64,000 bases of DNA from Alphaproteobacteria bacterium (GCA_965232515.1 CBDDPY010000002.1:7104001-7168000), one strand, 5' to 3'. Numbered from the stretch's first letter, positions 49,818 through 61,136 are shown. The notes: generated by a model not told the origin, from the sequence alone. Made by a program: numbers and translations.

Positions 49818-50660
49818 ATGGTGATCACGGCAGGCATCGACATCGGCACCGGCGGCGTCAAGACCGCTCTATTCCGCATCGACGGCGATCAGGTGGAATG
49901 GCTCGACCGACAGTCCGAGCGCATCCGCCGCCGCGATCCGATGGCACTGGCCGAGGCGGCCTACCACCGGATGCTCGAGAACCACGGTCTGACGCATGAC
50001 GACGTCGCCTATGTGGCGACAACGGGCGAAGGCGAGAACGTGCCCTACCGGACCGGCCATTTCTATTCCATGACCACCCATGCGCGGGGCGCGGTCTATC
50101 TCAATCCGGACGCGCGCGCCGTGCTCGATGTCGGTGCGCTGCACGGCCGGGCGATCCGCATCGACGAGCGCGGCAAAGTGCTGTCCTACAAGATGACCAG
50201 TCAGTGCGCTTCCGGCTCCGGCCAGTTCCTGGAGAACATCGCCCGTTACCTCGGTGTCGCATTCGACGAGATCGGCACCCTGTCGCAGCAGGCCGACGAT
50301 CCGGAAAAGGTCAGCGGCATCTGCGCCGTGCTGGCCGAGACCGATGTCATCAACATGGTCTCGCGTGGCATCTCGACGGCCAACATCCTGCGCGGCATCC
50401 ACGAATCCATGGCCGGTCGGCTGGTCAAGCTGCTGAAGTCGATCAAGGTCGGCGACGGCATCGCGCTGATGACCGGCGGTCTCGCCCATGACGAGGGGCT
50501 GCTGGCGGCCATGCGGGACGAGATAGTGGAGCAGAAGCTGGGGATCGGCGTCGACAACAATCCGGATTCGATCTTTGCCGGCGCCATCGGCGCGGCGCTA
50601 TGGGGCGCGTTCCGCCATGAGAAGCTCGCGCAACTGGGGCAACTGGCCGAGGCGTCCTGA
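49818..50660 (+). CDS. bcrD: Benzoyl-CoA reductase subunit D
   Basis: AGIDIGTG, ATTGEGE, KMTSQCASGSG. Confidence 0.93.
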   Translation: MVITAGIDIGTGGVKTALFRIDGDQVEWLDRQSERIRRRDPMALAEAAYHRMLENHGLTHDDVAYVATTGEGENVPYRTGHFYSMTTHARGAVYLNPDARAVLDVGALHGRAIRIDERGKVLSYKMTSQCASGSGQFLENIARYLGVAFDEIGTLSQQADDPEKVSGICAVLAETDVINMVSRGISTANILRGIHESMAGRLVKLLKSIKVGDGIALMTGGLAHDEGLLAAMRDEIVEQKLGIGVDNNPDSIFAGAIGAALWGAFRHEKLAQLGQLAEAS

Positions 50661-50957
<297 letters not shown>

Positions 50958-50963
50958 ACCGCC

Positions 50964-51506
50964 TTAGGCGACTGTCTTCTCAAACACCAGGCGTTGTGCG
51001 CCACGAAAGCCGCAGCGGTAGAGAAAACCGAGGAGGTCGAGATCGTCCTCGGCGACGTTGGTTTCGACCCGCTCGACCTGCAGGGCCGCCAGGTTGACGA
51101 ACAGCTGTGACAGCAGGGCCTTGCCGATGCCGTGACGCCGGTGGCCCGGGTCGATGCCGATCGTATCGATCACGGCGACCGGCGCCGTGTGGCCATAATC
51201 GCCGAAATCGATCCGCGCCATGACATAGCCGGCCGGCAGGCCGTCGACCTGTGCGACCAGCGACACCCGGATACCGGAATCGTGCAAGGATTCGGCGACC
51301 TTTCGTGCCATGTAGTCCCGGCTGTCGCGGCCGGTGATGTTCCGGTCGATGCGGGCCAGCGCCGGCACGTCGTCCGCGGTCATGGAGCGCACGTCGATCC
51401 GGTCGCGCGAAAGGCTATCGGTGTCGTCCGTGACGGTCCGGCCATAGTCGACCTCCGGCGGTGCGTCCAGATTTGCCGGAATGTGCAGGCGTGACCGTTC
51501 GGTCAT
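50964..51506 (-). CDS. GNAT acetyltransferase
   Basis: ARIDFGDYG, HRRHGIGKALL. Confidence 0.85.
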   Translation of the reverse strand: MTERSRLHIPANLDAPPEVDYGRTVTDDTDSLSRDRIDVRSMTADDVPALARIDRNITGRDSRDYMARKVAESLHDSGIRVSLVAQVDGLPAGYVMARIDFGDYGHTAPVAVIDTIGIDPGHRRHGIGKALLSQLFVNLAALQVERVETNVAEDDLDLLGFLYRCGFRGAQRLVFEKTVA

Positions 51507-51521
51507 GATCGACCTCCGAAA

Positions 51522-52004
51522 TCAGAAATCCGGCGACGGGCCGACGGCACACCGCAGGACCGTCCGCCGCGCCAGGGAAAAGCCGTCGCGGTCGAGCAGG
51601 CGCAGCAGATCGTGGGCGCGCCAGTCGACCTCGGTTTGCAGGCGCCGAAGCCCACGCTGCTGCATCTCGGCTTCGAGGGCCGTCAGCAGCATTTGCCCGG
51701 CGCCATGGCGTCGTCGCGCCGGATCCACGTCGATGACCTCGAGGACAACGGCGTCGTCGGCGGCGCCATACTCGCCGGACAGCACGCGGGCGAGGATGAA
51801 GCCCGCGAGACCGTCGGCACCATCGACGGCCAGCTGGATATGCGTCGACGGCTCGCGCTTTGCCGCGGCCAGCCGCCGCTCGAAATAGCCGCGGCGCGAC
51901 TGGCCGGTGATCGCCTTGTCGATCGCGATCGCCGGTTCGAGATCGTCAGGCCTCAGCCGGCGAACGGACTCGACGCCGCCGGGTTCCGCTTGCGCATCTG
52001 TCAT
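51522..52004 (-). CDS. GNAT acetyltransferase
   Basis: ARVLSGEYG, RRRHGAGQMLL. Confidence 0.85.
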   Translation of the reverse strand: MTDAQAEPGGVESVRRLRPDDLEPAIAIDKAITGQSRRGYFERRLAAAKREPSTHIQLAVDGADGLAGFILARVLSGEYGAADDAVVLEVIDVDPARRRHGAGQMLLTALEAEMQQRGLRRLQTEVDWRAHDLLRLLDRDGFSLARRTVLRCAVGPSPDF

Positions 52005-52044
52005 ATGTCGCCTCGCCGTTCCATTCCTTTCCCCGCCATGCCTG

Positions 52045-52545
52045 TCAGGCCTGGGCGTAATCGACCGCGAGCGCGCGGTCGATGTCCTCGTCCAAAAGCT
52101 CGTCGATCAGCGGCACCAGCCCCATTTCCTCTTTCTCGATGTGGTCGGTGAGCTGGGCCGCCAGATCGAGACCGGTCCGGCGGAAACGCGCCCAGGCGGC
52201 CGCATCGAACCCGTCCGAGCGGTGCTTTTTCGCCAGGGCCACCATGTCGCGCGCCAACGGCAGAATGACGTCGTGCTCGTCCTGCAGCATGGCCAGCATG
52301 TCGCCCTGGCCATTCTGCTCGAGCAGCGGGAACAGTTCGGCTTCCTCGAATCGGAAGTGCCTGGGGATCTCGCCGCCGAGAACGGAAATCATTTCGCCCA
52401 GCAGCGCGCGGATCTCGACGTCGTTTAGCGCCGGGGGTGCGTCGGCTGCGTGGGACAGCAGCAGTTTCTCGGCGCGGCCCAGCAGTGTCCGAGCCGCCAT
52501 GTGCTCGTCGTGCAGAATTCGCGCCGTAGCCGATGTGGCATCCAT
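52045..52545 (-). CDS. Hemerythrin-domain protein
   Basis: DEH, HFRFEE, DEH and HIEKEE motifs. Confidence 0.87.
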   Translation of the reverse strand: MDATSATARILHDEHMAARTLLGRAEKLLLSHAADAPPALNDVEIRALLGEMISVLGGEIPRHFRFEEAELFPLLEQNGQGDMLAMLQDEHDVILPLARDMVALAKKHRSDGFDAAAWARFRRTGLDLAAQLTDHIEKEEMGLVPLIDELLDEDIDRALAVDYAQA

Positions 52546-52573
52546 GCCTTGTTCCGACTCGTCATGAATAAAT

Positions 52574-52597
52574 ACGTAATTTAGTACGATAATACCA
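52574..52597. promoter_or_regulatory. 24-bp palindromic operator upstream of the hemerythrin-GNAT-GNAT unit
   Basis: ACGTA-ATTTA-GTAC-GATAA-TACCA. Confidence 0.7.
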
Positions 52598-52647
52598 TAA
52601 TTATGTTGTCGTTCAAGCTTCGGCCCCGCATTGAGGCGGCGCCACAA

Positions 52648-53631
52648 TTACCCACGCGCGGTCGCCAGGTCGCGCACCATCCGTTGCGCCAGCGCTGCCG
52701 CGGCTTGTCGACGGTAGTTCGAGGCGATCAAGGTCGTGCGCATCGGGCTCACCTGTTTTTGCACCAGCTTACCGAGGCGCCGTAGCAGGTCGTCGTCGAC
52801 CGGGCCGCCGACGAGGTCTTCGGTGCCCGACAGGACGATCGGGCGGCAACCGGTTCCCGTCAGCGCGACCCGCAGGCTGGCCAGCGCCTCGTCCTTCATG
52901 CGGAGCAGAACCGCGACGCCCGCCAGCGGAAAGTCGATCGCGCCGCGCCCGCCGATCTTTCGGTAGGCGCCGATGGCGCCGGGTATGGGTGGCGGTATGC
53001 GCACGGCGACGACGATTTCGTCGGCGGCCAAATCGAGATGCGCAGCGCCATCGTCGACATAGAGGTCCGCCAGCGGTATCCGCCGTGCGAGATCGCCGCC
53101 GGCAATCTCCACCGCCGCGCCGAGCGCCATCAACGCCGGCGGCATGTCGGCGCTGAAGGCGGCATGACAGCGCTGTCCGGTCGGCGCGACATGGCAGGTC
53201 TCGCCGCGATGCTTGAGACAGTAACCGGCGCTTCGCCGCCACCATTCGCTTTGGTCATAGAAGATACAGCGCGTATCGAGACAGAGATTGCCGCCAACCG
53301 TCGCCGCCGACCGATGCGCCGGCGCGGCAATTGTCATGACCGCCTGGACCAGGATCGGGTGGTCCTGGGCGATGGTCTGGTCGGCCGCGACGTCGGTAAG
53401 CGTCACGGCGCTGCCGATGTGCAGTCCATCGTCATCGTGCCTGATGCAGCGCAGCGGCCCGATCGCCGAAAGGTCGACCAATGTCTCCGGCGTCGTCAGA
53501 CCGCGGCGAATAGCTGGCATCAGTCCCGTGCCGCCGCCGAACGGTCTGGCGTTCCGCCGTTCGCGCAACATGAGGACGGCCTCATCGATCGACGTCGGTT
53601 GCAGCACGGCGAAATCGGGAAGCTGTTCCAT
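52648..53631 (-). CDS. hcrB: 4-hydroxybenzoyl-CoA reductase beta (FAD/[4Fe-4S]) subunit
   Basis: ATVGGNLCLDTRC..QSEWWR..YCLK..CHV..C insertion, IDFPLAG. Confidence 0.9.
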   Translation of the reverse strand: MEQLPDFAVLQPTSIDEAVLMLRERRNARPFGGGTGLMPAIRRGLTTPETLVDLSAIGPLRCIRHDDDGLHIGSAVTLTDVAADQTIAQDHPILVQAVMTIAAPAHRSAATVGGNLCLDTRCIFYDQSEWWRRSAGYCLKHRGETCHVAPTGQRCHAAFSADMPPALMALGAAVEIAGGDLARRIPLADLYVDDGAAHLDLAADEIVVAVRIPPPIPGAIGAYRKIGGRGAIDFPLAGVAVLLRMKDEALASLRVALTGTGCRPIVLSGTEDLVGGPVDDDLLRRLGKLVQKQVSPMRTTLIASNYRRQAAAALAQRMVRDLATARG

Positions 53632-53645
53632 TGGTGGTTTCCCGT

Positions 53646-55985
53646 TCAGCCAGCCATCTGACGGCGCTTGCGGTCGAGACGGTCCTTGCGCTGCTGGCGC
53701 GTCCGCTCCTCCATCAGACGGTCGGCACTGATCGGCGTCTGCGTCATCCGTAGACCGACGGCATCGGCGATGGCGTTGGCGATGGCCGGCATCAGCGCCG
53801 CGAGCGAGCCTTCGCCCGCTTCCTTGGCGCCGAACGGGCCGTTCGGGTCCACGCTCTCGACGATCCGTACGTCGACCGGCGGTGAATCGACCGATGTCGG
53901 GATCCGGTAATTGAGCAGGCTGGCATGCAGCGGCCGGCCGTCGTGATAACGCGTCTCCTCGGACAGCGCCTGCGCCAGGCCCATCCATACCGATCCCTGG
54001 ATCTGGCCTTCGACGGAGAGCGGGTTCAGGGCGCGGCCACAGTCGTGCGCGGCCCAGACATGCTCGACCGTCACCGCCGCCGTGTCCGGATCGATGCTGA
54101 CCTCGACGGCGACGGCCGCATAGCTGAAACCCATCGTCGCGCCGACGCCGGCGCCGCGGAACCGCTTGCCGCCATGGCTCTCGGGCGGCGTGGAATAGAT
54201 GCCTTTGACGGTGATGGTGCCGCTGTCTTCCAGGGCCGCGGCCACGACCTGCGCGAAATCAAGGCCCGTGTCCTGGCTGCCGGAGACGCGGAAGGTTTCG
54301 CCGTCGCGGGCGATATCGTCGATCGCGCATTCCAGCTTGCGGGCCGCCGCCGCGTGCAGGGTCTGGCGCAGGTGGCGCGCGGCATCGATCGCCGCGTTGC
54401 AGACCATGAAGGTAACGCGCGACGAATAGGAGCCGTTGTCCTTGGGCGTAACCGCGCTGTCGTTGGCGACGACGCGGATGCGGTCGAGATCGACGTCCAG
54501 CACCTCGGCGGCGCACTGCGCCAGCACCGTGGACGAGCCCTGCCCGATATCGGCCGCCCCCGTCAGCACCGTGATGCCGCCATCGAAGTCGAGCTTCAGA
54601 TTGATCACGGCATGCGGCTCGCCGGTCCAGTGTACCGGCCGGGCGGCGCCGCTGACATAGTGCGAGCAGGCGAGCCCGATGCCGCGGCCGTCCGGCAGGC
54701 CGCCGCGCTTGTCGCGCCAGCCGCTTGCCGCCTCGACCCAGTCCAGGCATTCCGGCAGGCCATAGCTGTTGACCATCAAGTCGTTCGGCGTGAACAGCGG
54801 CGCCTGCAGCAGGTTGGCGCGCCTGACGGCGACCGGATCGAGGTCGAGTTCGTCGGCCATCTCGTCCAGCAGGCTTTCGAAGGCGAACCGGACGTCGACC
54901 GTGCCATGGCCGCGCATGGCCCCGCATGGCGGCGTATTGGTGATCACCCGATAGCCGTCGAATTTGACGTTGGCGATGTCGTAAAGCGCGTGCAGTAGGG
55001 CGCCGGCATAGAGGATCGTCACGATGCCGTAGCCGCCGTAGGCGCCGCCCCGCTGCGTCACCTCGCAGGCCACGGCGGTCATGCGGCCGTCGCGGGTCAG
55101 GCCCAGCTTCAGGTGGATATCGGTTTCCGGCCGGCCGCGGTGGGTGATGAAGGTTTCTTCGCGGGTCGCGATCAGGCGCACCGCGCCGCCGGCCTTTTGC
55201 GCCAGCAGGCCGGCGATGATCTCGATGTTCAGACATTCGGTGCGCGAGCCGAAGCCGCCGCCGACGAAGGGTTTGATCACCCGGATCCGGGCGCTGTCCA
55301 GCTTCAGACAGCGCGCCAGCGTGCGGTGTACGTAGTAGGGGACCTGGCTGACCGACTGCAGCGTGAGGCGGTTCTGCGTCGGATCGAAGACGGCCAGCGC
55401 GGCGTGGGGCTCGATCTGGGCCTGACAGACCTCGGCGCAGTGATAGTGCTTCTCGCGCACGAGGTCGGCCGTATCGAAGCCGCTCTCGACATCGCCGAAG
55501 TGATGGTGCACGTCGCGCTCGATATTGCCGGGCCGGTCGGCGTGCAGCGATACCGCGTCGGCCGCCCGGGCGTCGGCGGCGTCGACGTAGGCCGGCAGCT
55601 CGCGCAATTCGGGCGCGATCAGATCAAGCGCCGCCTGCGCCGTGGCTTCGTCCACCGCCGCCACCGCCGCGATCGGTTCGCCGACATAGCGCACCCGGCC
55701 GCGCGCCAGCGGGTACTCGTTCATGGCGATCGGCAGCACGCCGAAGGTCTGGTCGCAATCGTTGCCGGTGACGATCGCGTAAACGCCCGGCAGCGCCGCG
55801 GCCGCCGACGTGTCGAGGCCGACGATCTCGGCGTGCGCGACGGGGCTGCGCAACACGCGTCCGACCAGCGCCGACCGGGCATCGAGGTCGGCGGTGAAGC
55901 GGGCGTTGCCGGTCACCTTGTCGACGCCGTCGATCAGCGGCGCCCTGGCGCCGACCGGCCGGTTGTCGCGCGCCGTCGCCGTCAT
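53646..55985 (-). CDS. hcrA: 4-hydroxybenzoyl-CoA reductase alpha (Mo) subunit
   Basis: [38 protein letters not shown]. Confidence 0.9.
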   Translation of the reverse strand: MTATARDNRPVGARAPLIDGVDKVTGNARFTADLDARSALVGRVLRSPVAHAEIVGLDTSAAAALPGVYAIVTGNDCDQTFGVLPIAMNEYPLARGRVRYVGEPIAAVAAVDEATAQAALDLIAPELRELPAYVDAADARAADAVSLHADRPGNIERDVHHHFGDVESGFDTADLVREKHYHCAEVCQAQIEPHAALAVFDPTQNRLTLQSVSQVPYYVHRTLARCLKLDSARIRVIKPFVGGGFGSRTECLNIEIIAGLLAQKAGGAVRLIATREETFITHRGRPETDIHLKLGLTRDGRMTAVACEVTQRGGAYGGYGIVTILYAGALLHALYDIANVKFDGYRVITNTPPCGAMRGHGTVDVRFAFESLLDEMADELDLDPVAVRRANLLQAPLFTPNDLMVNSYGLPECLDWVEAASGWRDKRGGLPDGRGIGLACSHYVSGAARPVHWTGEPHAVINLKLDFDGGITVLTGAADIGQGSSTVLAQCAAEVLDVDLDRIRVVANDSAVTPKDNGSYSSRVTFMVCNAAIDAARHLRQTLHAAAARKLECAIDDIARDGETFRVSGSQDTGLDFAQVVAAALEDSGTITVKGIYSTPPESHGGKRFRGAGVGATMGFSYAAVAVEVSIDPDTAAVTVEHVWAAHDCGRALNPLSVEGQIQGSVWMGLAQALSEETRYHDGRPLHASLLNYRIPTSVDSPPVDVRIVESVDPNGPFGAKEAGEGSLAALMPAIANAIADAVGLRMTQTPISADRLMEERTRQQRKDRLDRKRRQMAG

Positions 55986-56452
55986 GCGTCCGCCTCCGCC
56001 GCGGCCAGCACCGACTCGATGATCTTCACATAGCCCGTGCAGCGACAGAGGTTGCCGCTCAACGCCTGTCGTACGGTCGCTTCGTCCGGTTTCGGATCGC
56101 GCCGCAACAAGGCTTCCGCCGCCATGATCATGCCGGGCGTGCAATAGCCGCATTGGGTGCCGAGGTGTTCGTGAAAGGCCCGCTGCAGCCGCGACAGCCG
56201 CCCGCGTTCGGCCTGGCCTTCGATGGTCTCGACCTCGGCGCCGGCAACGGTGCGGGCGAGCGTGATACAGGCCAGCCGCGGCGCGCCGTCCACCAGCACG
56301 GTGCAGGCGCCGCATTCACCGCCGTCGCAGCCGCTCTTGGTGCCGGTGAGGCCCATCGTCTCCCGGAGATAGTCGATCAGCAGCAGGTTGTCGGCGACGG
56401 CGTCTTCCCGGGACCGGCCGTTCAGCGTGAGCCGCAGGATCGACGTCGCCAT
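55982..56452 (-). CDS. hcrC: 4-hydroxybenzoyl-CoA reductase gamma (2x[2Fe-2S]) subunit
   Basis: [27 protein letters not shown]. Confidence 0.92.
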   Translation of the reverse strand: MATSILRLTLNGRSREDAVADNLLLIDYLRETMGLTGTKSGCDGGECGACTVLVDGAPRLACITLARTVAGAEVETIEGQAERGRLSRLQRAFHEHLGTQCGYCTPGMIMAAEALLRRDPKPDEATVRQALSGNLCRCTGYVKIIESVLAAAEADA

Positions 56453-56459
56453 GGCGGCT

Positions 56460-57356
56460 TCAGCTCCAACCCGGGCGGGCCGGCCGCCCGGACGCGCCGG
56501 CGCCACGGACCGGCAGCGCCGGCAACGCGAAACCCTGGTTGAAGGCGGCGCGCGCGACCAGCACGAACTTCAGCCACCAGCCGCCGAGCGCCGCGGCAAG
56601 ACCGGCGGCGACCAACAATGGCTCGGCAAACTCGGCGGCAAGGAAAGCGCCGACCGACAAGGCCAACGGCAGGATCAGGCCAAGCAGCAACATCGGCACG
56701 CGTGCCTGCCGCAACACGGTCTGCGCCAAGGCCGGCGCGCCGTCCGTGGCCAGTTGCGCGATGTAGCGCCGCCACAGCACCTCCCGGAGAGCGCAGAGGA
56801 TCACAAGGACGATGATCCACCGGATACCAGGGGCTCCCGACATTGCAAGCAGGGCCAGCGACAGTCCGGCGCCTTCGGCGAGCCCCGTGGCAACAATCAC
56901 CGGCCGCAGCGCGCGATGCCGCCAGGCCGGGATGCCCTTCGCCGCCGTAAAGATGTTCATCTGGCACAGCAGATAGGCCAGCCCCAGGAGTGCGGCCAGC
57001 CAGGTCGCGGGCGCGACAGCCCACGGCAGCAGCGATGGCAAGGCGTTCAACAGGATCGCCGCGGCGGCCGCCGCGGTCAGCACCACGCCGATATCGGCCT
57101 CGCGCGTCATCCACGAGGTTTGCGGATGGAAGAACACGTTGAAGGCCCGCCACGGCCGGCCGATCTCGAACCAGACGGCAAGCAACCCGAGTCCGATCAG
57201 GCCGATCGCAATCGTCTGGCTTTGCCAGATCCAGAGAGGTTCCCGCAGCGCGATCGCCGTCGCGATCAGAAGGCCGGCGCCGCTGCCGCCGCCGATGAAG
57301 TTGGCGGCCGCGCGGGCGTCCCAGTTGGTCTGATGCCGCGGCGTCACGCCGGTCAT
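56460..57356 (-). CDS. padD: DmsC-like membrane anchor of phenylacetyl-CoA:acceptor oxidoreductase
   Basis: QTNWDARAAANFIGGGSG, EIGRPWR, SWMTRE, many TM segments. Confidence 0.8.
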   Translation of the reverse strand: MTGVTPRHQTNWDARAAANFIGGGSGAGLLIATAIALREPLWIWQSQTIAIGLIGLGLLAVWFEIGRPWRAFNVFFHPQTSWMTREADIGVVLTAAAAAAILLNALPSLLPWAVAPATWLAALLGLAYLLCQMNIFTAAKGIPAWRHRALRPVIVATGLAEGAGLSLALLAMSGAPGIRWIIVLVILCALREVLWRRYIAQLATDGAPALAQTVLRQARVPMLLLGLILPLALSVGAFLAAEFAEPLLVAAGLAAALGGWWLKFVLVARAAFNQGFALPALPVRGAGASGRPARPGWS

Positions 57357-58000
57357 GTCGTTTCCCAGATGTAGTGAATGCCGGGCTCGGTACCAAGCTC
57401 TTCGTGCATGCGGAAATGCCGTGTCTCCGCCAGCAATCGGGAGACGTTGCTCTCCGGATCGTCCCGGTCGCCGAAGTGGAGCGCGTTGGCGATGCAGGAA
57501 TTCACGCAAGCCGGCGTCGCCTCCGGATCGACGCCCGGGGTCAGGCCCTGCGCTTCGCCCGCGTCCACCCGATCGACGCAGAACGTGCATTTCGTCGCCA
57601 CCTTGAGACGCCTCTCGTCGAACCGCGCGGCCTCCGCCGGACTTGGTTCATCGCCATACGCAAAGGTCGGTTTGTGCGTAATGTGCCGCGCTTGGTAGGG
57701 GCAGGCGACGGCGCAATAGCCGCAGCCGATGCAGAGGTCGTAGTCGATCGTCACCATGCCGTCGTCGCGCTGGCCCGTCGCGGTTGTCGGGCAGACATGC
57801 TTGCAGGGCGGATCGCCGCAATGCATGCAGCCGACGGGCACGAAGGCGCGCGCCACATCCGGATAGTCACCGATCTCCATGTCCAGAACCTGCCGCCATT
57901 GCACGCCCGGCGGCGTGGCGTTGGCGTGCCGGCAGGCGGCCGTGCAGGTCTGGCAGCCGACACAGCGGCGCAGGTCGACGACCATGACGTAGCGGGTCAT
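57353..58000 (-). CDS. padC: Tetra-[Fe-S] subunit of phenylacetyl-CoA:acceptor oxidoreductase
   Basis: CVGCQTCTAAC, CMHCGDPPC..VCP, CIGCGYCAVACPY, KCTFC. Confidence 0.82.
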   Translation of the reverse strand: MTRYVMVVDLRRCVGCQTCTAACRHANATPPGVQWRQVLDMEIGDYPDVARAFVPVGCMHCGDPPCKHVCPTTATGQRDDGMVTIDYDLCIGCGYCAVACPYQARHITHKPTFAYGDEPSPAEAARFDERRLKVATKCTFCVDRVDAGEAQGLTPGVDPEATPACVNSCIANALHFGDRDDPESNVSRLLAETRHFRMHEELGTEPGIHYIWETT

Positions 58001-60720
58001 GCCGCCGCCGCCAGCCAGCGGACGTCGACCCGGACGAGGTCGGCCGACGAACCGGTGGCATCGGTGAGCGCCAGCGACATCGGCGTGATGGTGTTCATGC
58101 TGGGCGTTTCCAGATCCTTGGCGAATGGCGTCGCCCAGTGATCGAACTGTCCGATCATCAACAGCGTGTCCGGTCGGATGCCCTGGCGCAGGATCGCCCG
58201 GCCTTTTGTGGCGCGCAGGCTGGACCGCACTTCGATCAGATCGCCCTCGTCGATGCCGAGCACGGCCGCGCGTGCGGCGTTCATGACCACGCCGCGGTGG
58301 CCTTTCACGTTGCGCGCGACCTCGTCCATGATCGGCAGCCCGGCATTGGCGCCCCAGGCATATTGCATGCTGCGTGACGTCAGCAGCCAGAACGGGAAGT
58401 GGCCGGGATCGGCGCCGGTGTCGACCAACGCCTGTTCCCAAAGGCCGCCGAAGTCCTTCGCCACCGGCAGGGCCTGGTATTCCGTCAGCTGCTGCGCCCA
58501 CCAGGCGATGCCATGCTCGTGCAGCCGGTTGCCGAGCTCGCGGCCGATCCGGAACAGTTGTTCCTGATACGGCATCTCGAAGCGGATGCCCTTGCGCCGG
58601 ATCTCCGGAAACAGATACCAGCTGAGCCGCGAGATCGGCTTGGTCCGATGGCCGTGCCGTCTGAACCAGTCGAGCCCGTCCTGCGCCTGGCCGGCGGTCA
58701 GCTCGGCGCTCGCCGCCCGGCAGACGGCGTCCCAGATCTCCGGCGCGGTCGGGGCCTCCGCGACGTCGAGGGAGACGTCATAGCCCTCGCCGCTGAGCGG
58801 GACGCCGGCGGCGCCGCGATTGATCGCCTTGTTGTATTTCTCCAATAGGCCGGTGCGCCTGGCCAGTTCGGTTGCGATGTCGGTGAAGTCGCGGGTATCG
58901 CCGGCCGGTTCGACCACGGCCTGCCGCAACGCGAAGCCCTCGTGATCCCAGAACTGCTCGACGAACTTGGTGTTGCCGATGCGGATCAGTTGATCGCTTT
59001 CCAGGTCCGTGCGTTCGGGCAGCAGCAGATCCGCCATGTAGTTGGTCTCGTCGGCGGTGTAGGCGAAGGCCACGACGAAGGGGAACTCGGCGACGCGCCG
59101 CACCACCTCGGGCGTATCCCAGAACGAAATGGCCGGATTGGTGCGGTAGACGAACCAGATCTCGGGCAGCGTCACGGGCGGCCAGTTCTCGGGCGTCTCC
59201 TTGGCGAACATCCAGGCGAGATGCGTCGGTCCGAGCGCCGTGCTCCACGGCGAGTGCGCCGAGAGCGGCACCAGCCGGTCATGCGCGTTGCGGACGTTCG
59301 GCCGCGCCTGCCACTGGTCGCGGTCGGTCGGGTTCATCGGATAGGCCATGAAGCCGTCGGGGCCGGCGTTGACGCTGGCTTGGCGCGAGCTCGCGGGCCG
59401 GTTGAGACGCACCGTCGTGCCCAGCGTGCCGCCCGGCACTTCCAGGCCGCCGATCAGGCAGGCAAGCAGGGTTCGCGCCCAGCAGCATTCGTAGCCGCCC
59501 CAGCCGTTGGTCACGGTCTTGCCCAGGCTGATGGCCACCGGCCGGAAGGGCAGCGTCTCGCCGTCGACGTCGACGGTGGCGCCGACCTGCGCATGTTCGA
59601 GATAGTCTCCCGCAATACGGCGCAGGGTGCCCCGCTCAATGTCGCAGATCTCCTCGGCCCATTCCGGGGTGTTCGGCGCCACATGCGCAACCAGCTTGCT
59701 GAAGCTCGTCTCGGCCGTGCCCGCGTCATGTCGCCAGATTTCATCGTCGGCGCCAACCTCGATGCCGGAGACGGCGAACGTGCCTTCCAGCGCCGGATCG
59801 GTGTCGGCGGTATCGAACGGCACGGCCGTTTGTCGCTTCTGGTCCCAGATCAACGGTTTGCGGCTTTCGGCGTCGCGCATGAAGTAGCCGTTTGGGCCGA
59901 CCAGGTAGGGCGCGCCGGTATGATCCCGGAGGAAGGTCAGGTCGAGGGCGTCGCGCGGCTTCTCGTGCAGCAGTACATGGATGATCGCGAACAGGAACGC
60001 CGGGTCCGTCTTCGGCTTGATCGGGATCCATTCGGCCGAGCAGGCGCCGGTGATCGACAGGTGCGGCTCGATCTGTACGCGTTTCATCCCGCGGGCCCGG
60101 GATTCGGCATGCCGCCAGACACCGGCGACGCCGCCGGACGCCTCGGTGTTGGCGCCGAACGACAGGACATAATCGCAGTTCGGCGTATCGGGACAGACGG
60201 TGAAGGCCCGGTGCCAGAACTCGCCGTAGAGATGTTCGGAGTGATAGCACTTCACGCCCTGGCCGCTGCCAAAGCTGAAGTCGATCGGACCCCAGGCGGC
60301 GAGAAACGCCGGGAAGGTGCCCATGTAATAGGTCGGCGTCCCGCCGCCGCCGAAGCTCGCCGCGACCCGCGGATAGCCGTTGTCGTCGCGCAGGCCGCGG
60401 GCGCGGATGTCGTTCAGCTTCGCCGCGATCATGTCCAGGGCCTCGTCCCAACTGACCGGAACGAAACCGGGGTCGTGCTCCTTGCCCTTGTTCGGATTGG
60501 TCCGCTTCATGGGCTGGCGGAGGCGGTTCGGATTGTAGGTCTTCTCGATCAGGCCGTAGGCCTTGACGCAGACCTTGCCAGCGCCCGGATGCACATCGGC
60601 GGCGGCGAAGTTCGGCTCGATGCCCGTCGCGACGCCGTCAACCACGTTGACGTTCAGCAAATCGGGCCCGGCCACACACTGGTAGCAGTAGACAGGAACC
60701 TTGTGACCGGGGTTCGCCAT
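57997..60720 (-). CDS. padB: Molybdopterin catalytic subunit, phenylacetyl-CoA:acceptor oxidoreductase-like
   Basis: YCYQCVAGPD, VCVKAYGL, GQGVKCYHSEHLYGE, RSMQYAWG, no Tat signal. Confidence 0.82.
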   Translation of the reverse strand: MANPGHKVPVYCYQCVAGPDLLNVNVVDGVATGIEPNFAAADVHPGAGKVCVKAYGLIEKTYNPNRLRQPMKRTNPNKGKEHDPGFVPVSWDEALDMIAAKLNDIRARGLRDDNGYPRVAASFGGGGTPTYYMGTFPAFLAAWGPIDFSFGSGQGVKCYHSEHLYGEFWHRAFTVCPDTPNCDYVLSFGANTEASGGVAGVWRHAESRARGMKRVQIEPHLSITGACSAEWIPIKPKTDPAFLFAIIHVLLHEKPRDALDLTFLRDHTGAPYLVGPNGYFMRDAESRKPLIWDQKRQTAVPFDTADTDPALEGTFAVSGIEVGADDEIWRHDAGTAETSFSKLVAHVAPNTPEWAEEICDIERGTLRRIAGDYLEHAQVGATVDVDGETLPFRPVAISLGKTVTNGWGGYECCWARTLLACLIGGLEVPGGTLGTTVRLNRPASSRQASVNAGPDGFMAYPMNPTDRDQWQARPNVRNAHDRLVPLSAHSPWSTALGPTHLAWMFAKETPENWPPVTLPEIWFVYRTNPAISFWDTPEVVRRVAEFPFVVAFAYTADETNYMADLLLPERTDLESDQLIRIGNTKFVEQFWDHEGFALRQAVVEPAGDTRDFTDIATELARRTGLLEKYNKAINRGAAGVPLSGEGYDVSLDVAEAPTAPEIWDAVCRAASAELTAGQAQDGLDWFRRHGHRTKPISRLSWYLFPEIRRKGIRFEMPYQEQLFRIGRELGNRLHEHGIAWWAQQLTEYQALPVAKDFGGLWEQALVDTGADPGHFPFWLLTSRSMQYAWGANAGLPIMDEVARNVKGHRGVVMNAARAAVLGIDEGDLIEVRSSLRATKGRAILRQGIRPDTLLMIGQFDHWATPFAKDLETPSMNTITPMSLALTDATGSSADLVRVDVRWLAAAA

Positions 60721-60728
60721 GATCCGGC

Positions 60729-61136
60729 CTACGTCGAGTTCGCCTTCGCCACCTTGGCCGCGACGCGTTCCTTCAGCTTGTCGACCATGACCATGAAGCG
60801 GCCATGCCGTCCCTTGCAGATCTCCTCCATGGCGTCGCGGGCAACCACGTCGAAGACGATCTGCCGGCCGTCGACCTTGGCGACGGTCGCGGTGATCTCG
60901 ACCGGCATGCCCAGCGGCGTCGCGCCGGAATGGCTGATCTCGATGCCGACGCCGACCGAGTTCTCGCCCGGCTCCGCATGCTCGAGCAGAAAATTCAGGC
61001 AGGTTTCCTCGATATCGCGGACCAGCTCCGGCGTCGCGTAGACGCGCAAGTCATCACCGAGAAAGTCGATGGTCCGCGGCTTGTCGATGGTGATCGACCG
61101 GGTGGTGCCGATGCCGGGCTGCAACGAGGACTTCAT
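60729..61136 (-). CDS. Hotdog-fold thioesterase (fluoroacetyl-CoA thioesterase-like)
   Basis: VYATPEL..IEE, SVG..I.H..ATP.G, G.H.R. Confidence 0.87.
   Translation of the reverse strand: MKSSLQPGIGTTRSITIDKPRTIDFLGDDLRVYATPELVRDIEETCLNFLLEHAEPGENSVGVGIEISHSGATPLGMPVEITATVAKVDGRQIVFDVVARDAMEEICKGRHGRFMVMVDKLKERVAAKVAKANST

Noticed and set aside
58942-61041. 699-aa plus-strand ORF
   Set aside because: Antisense shadow of padB and the thioesterase, with no recognisable motifs.
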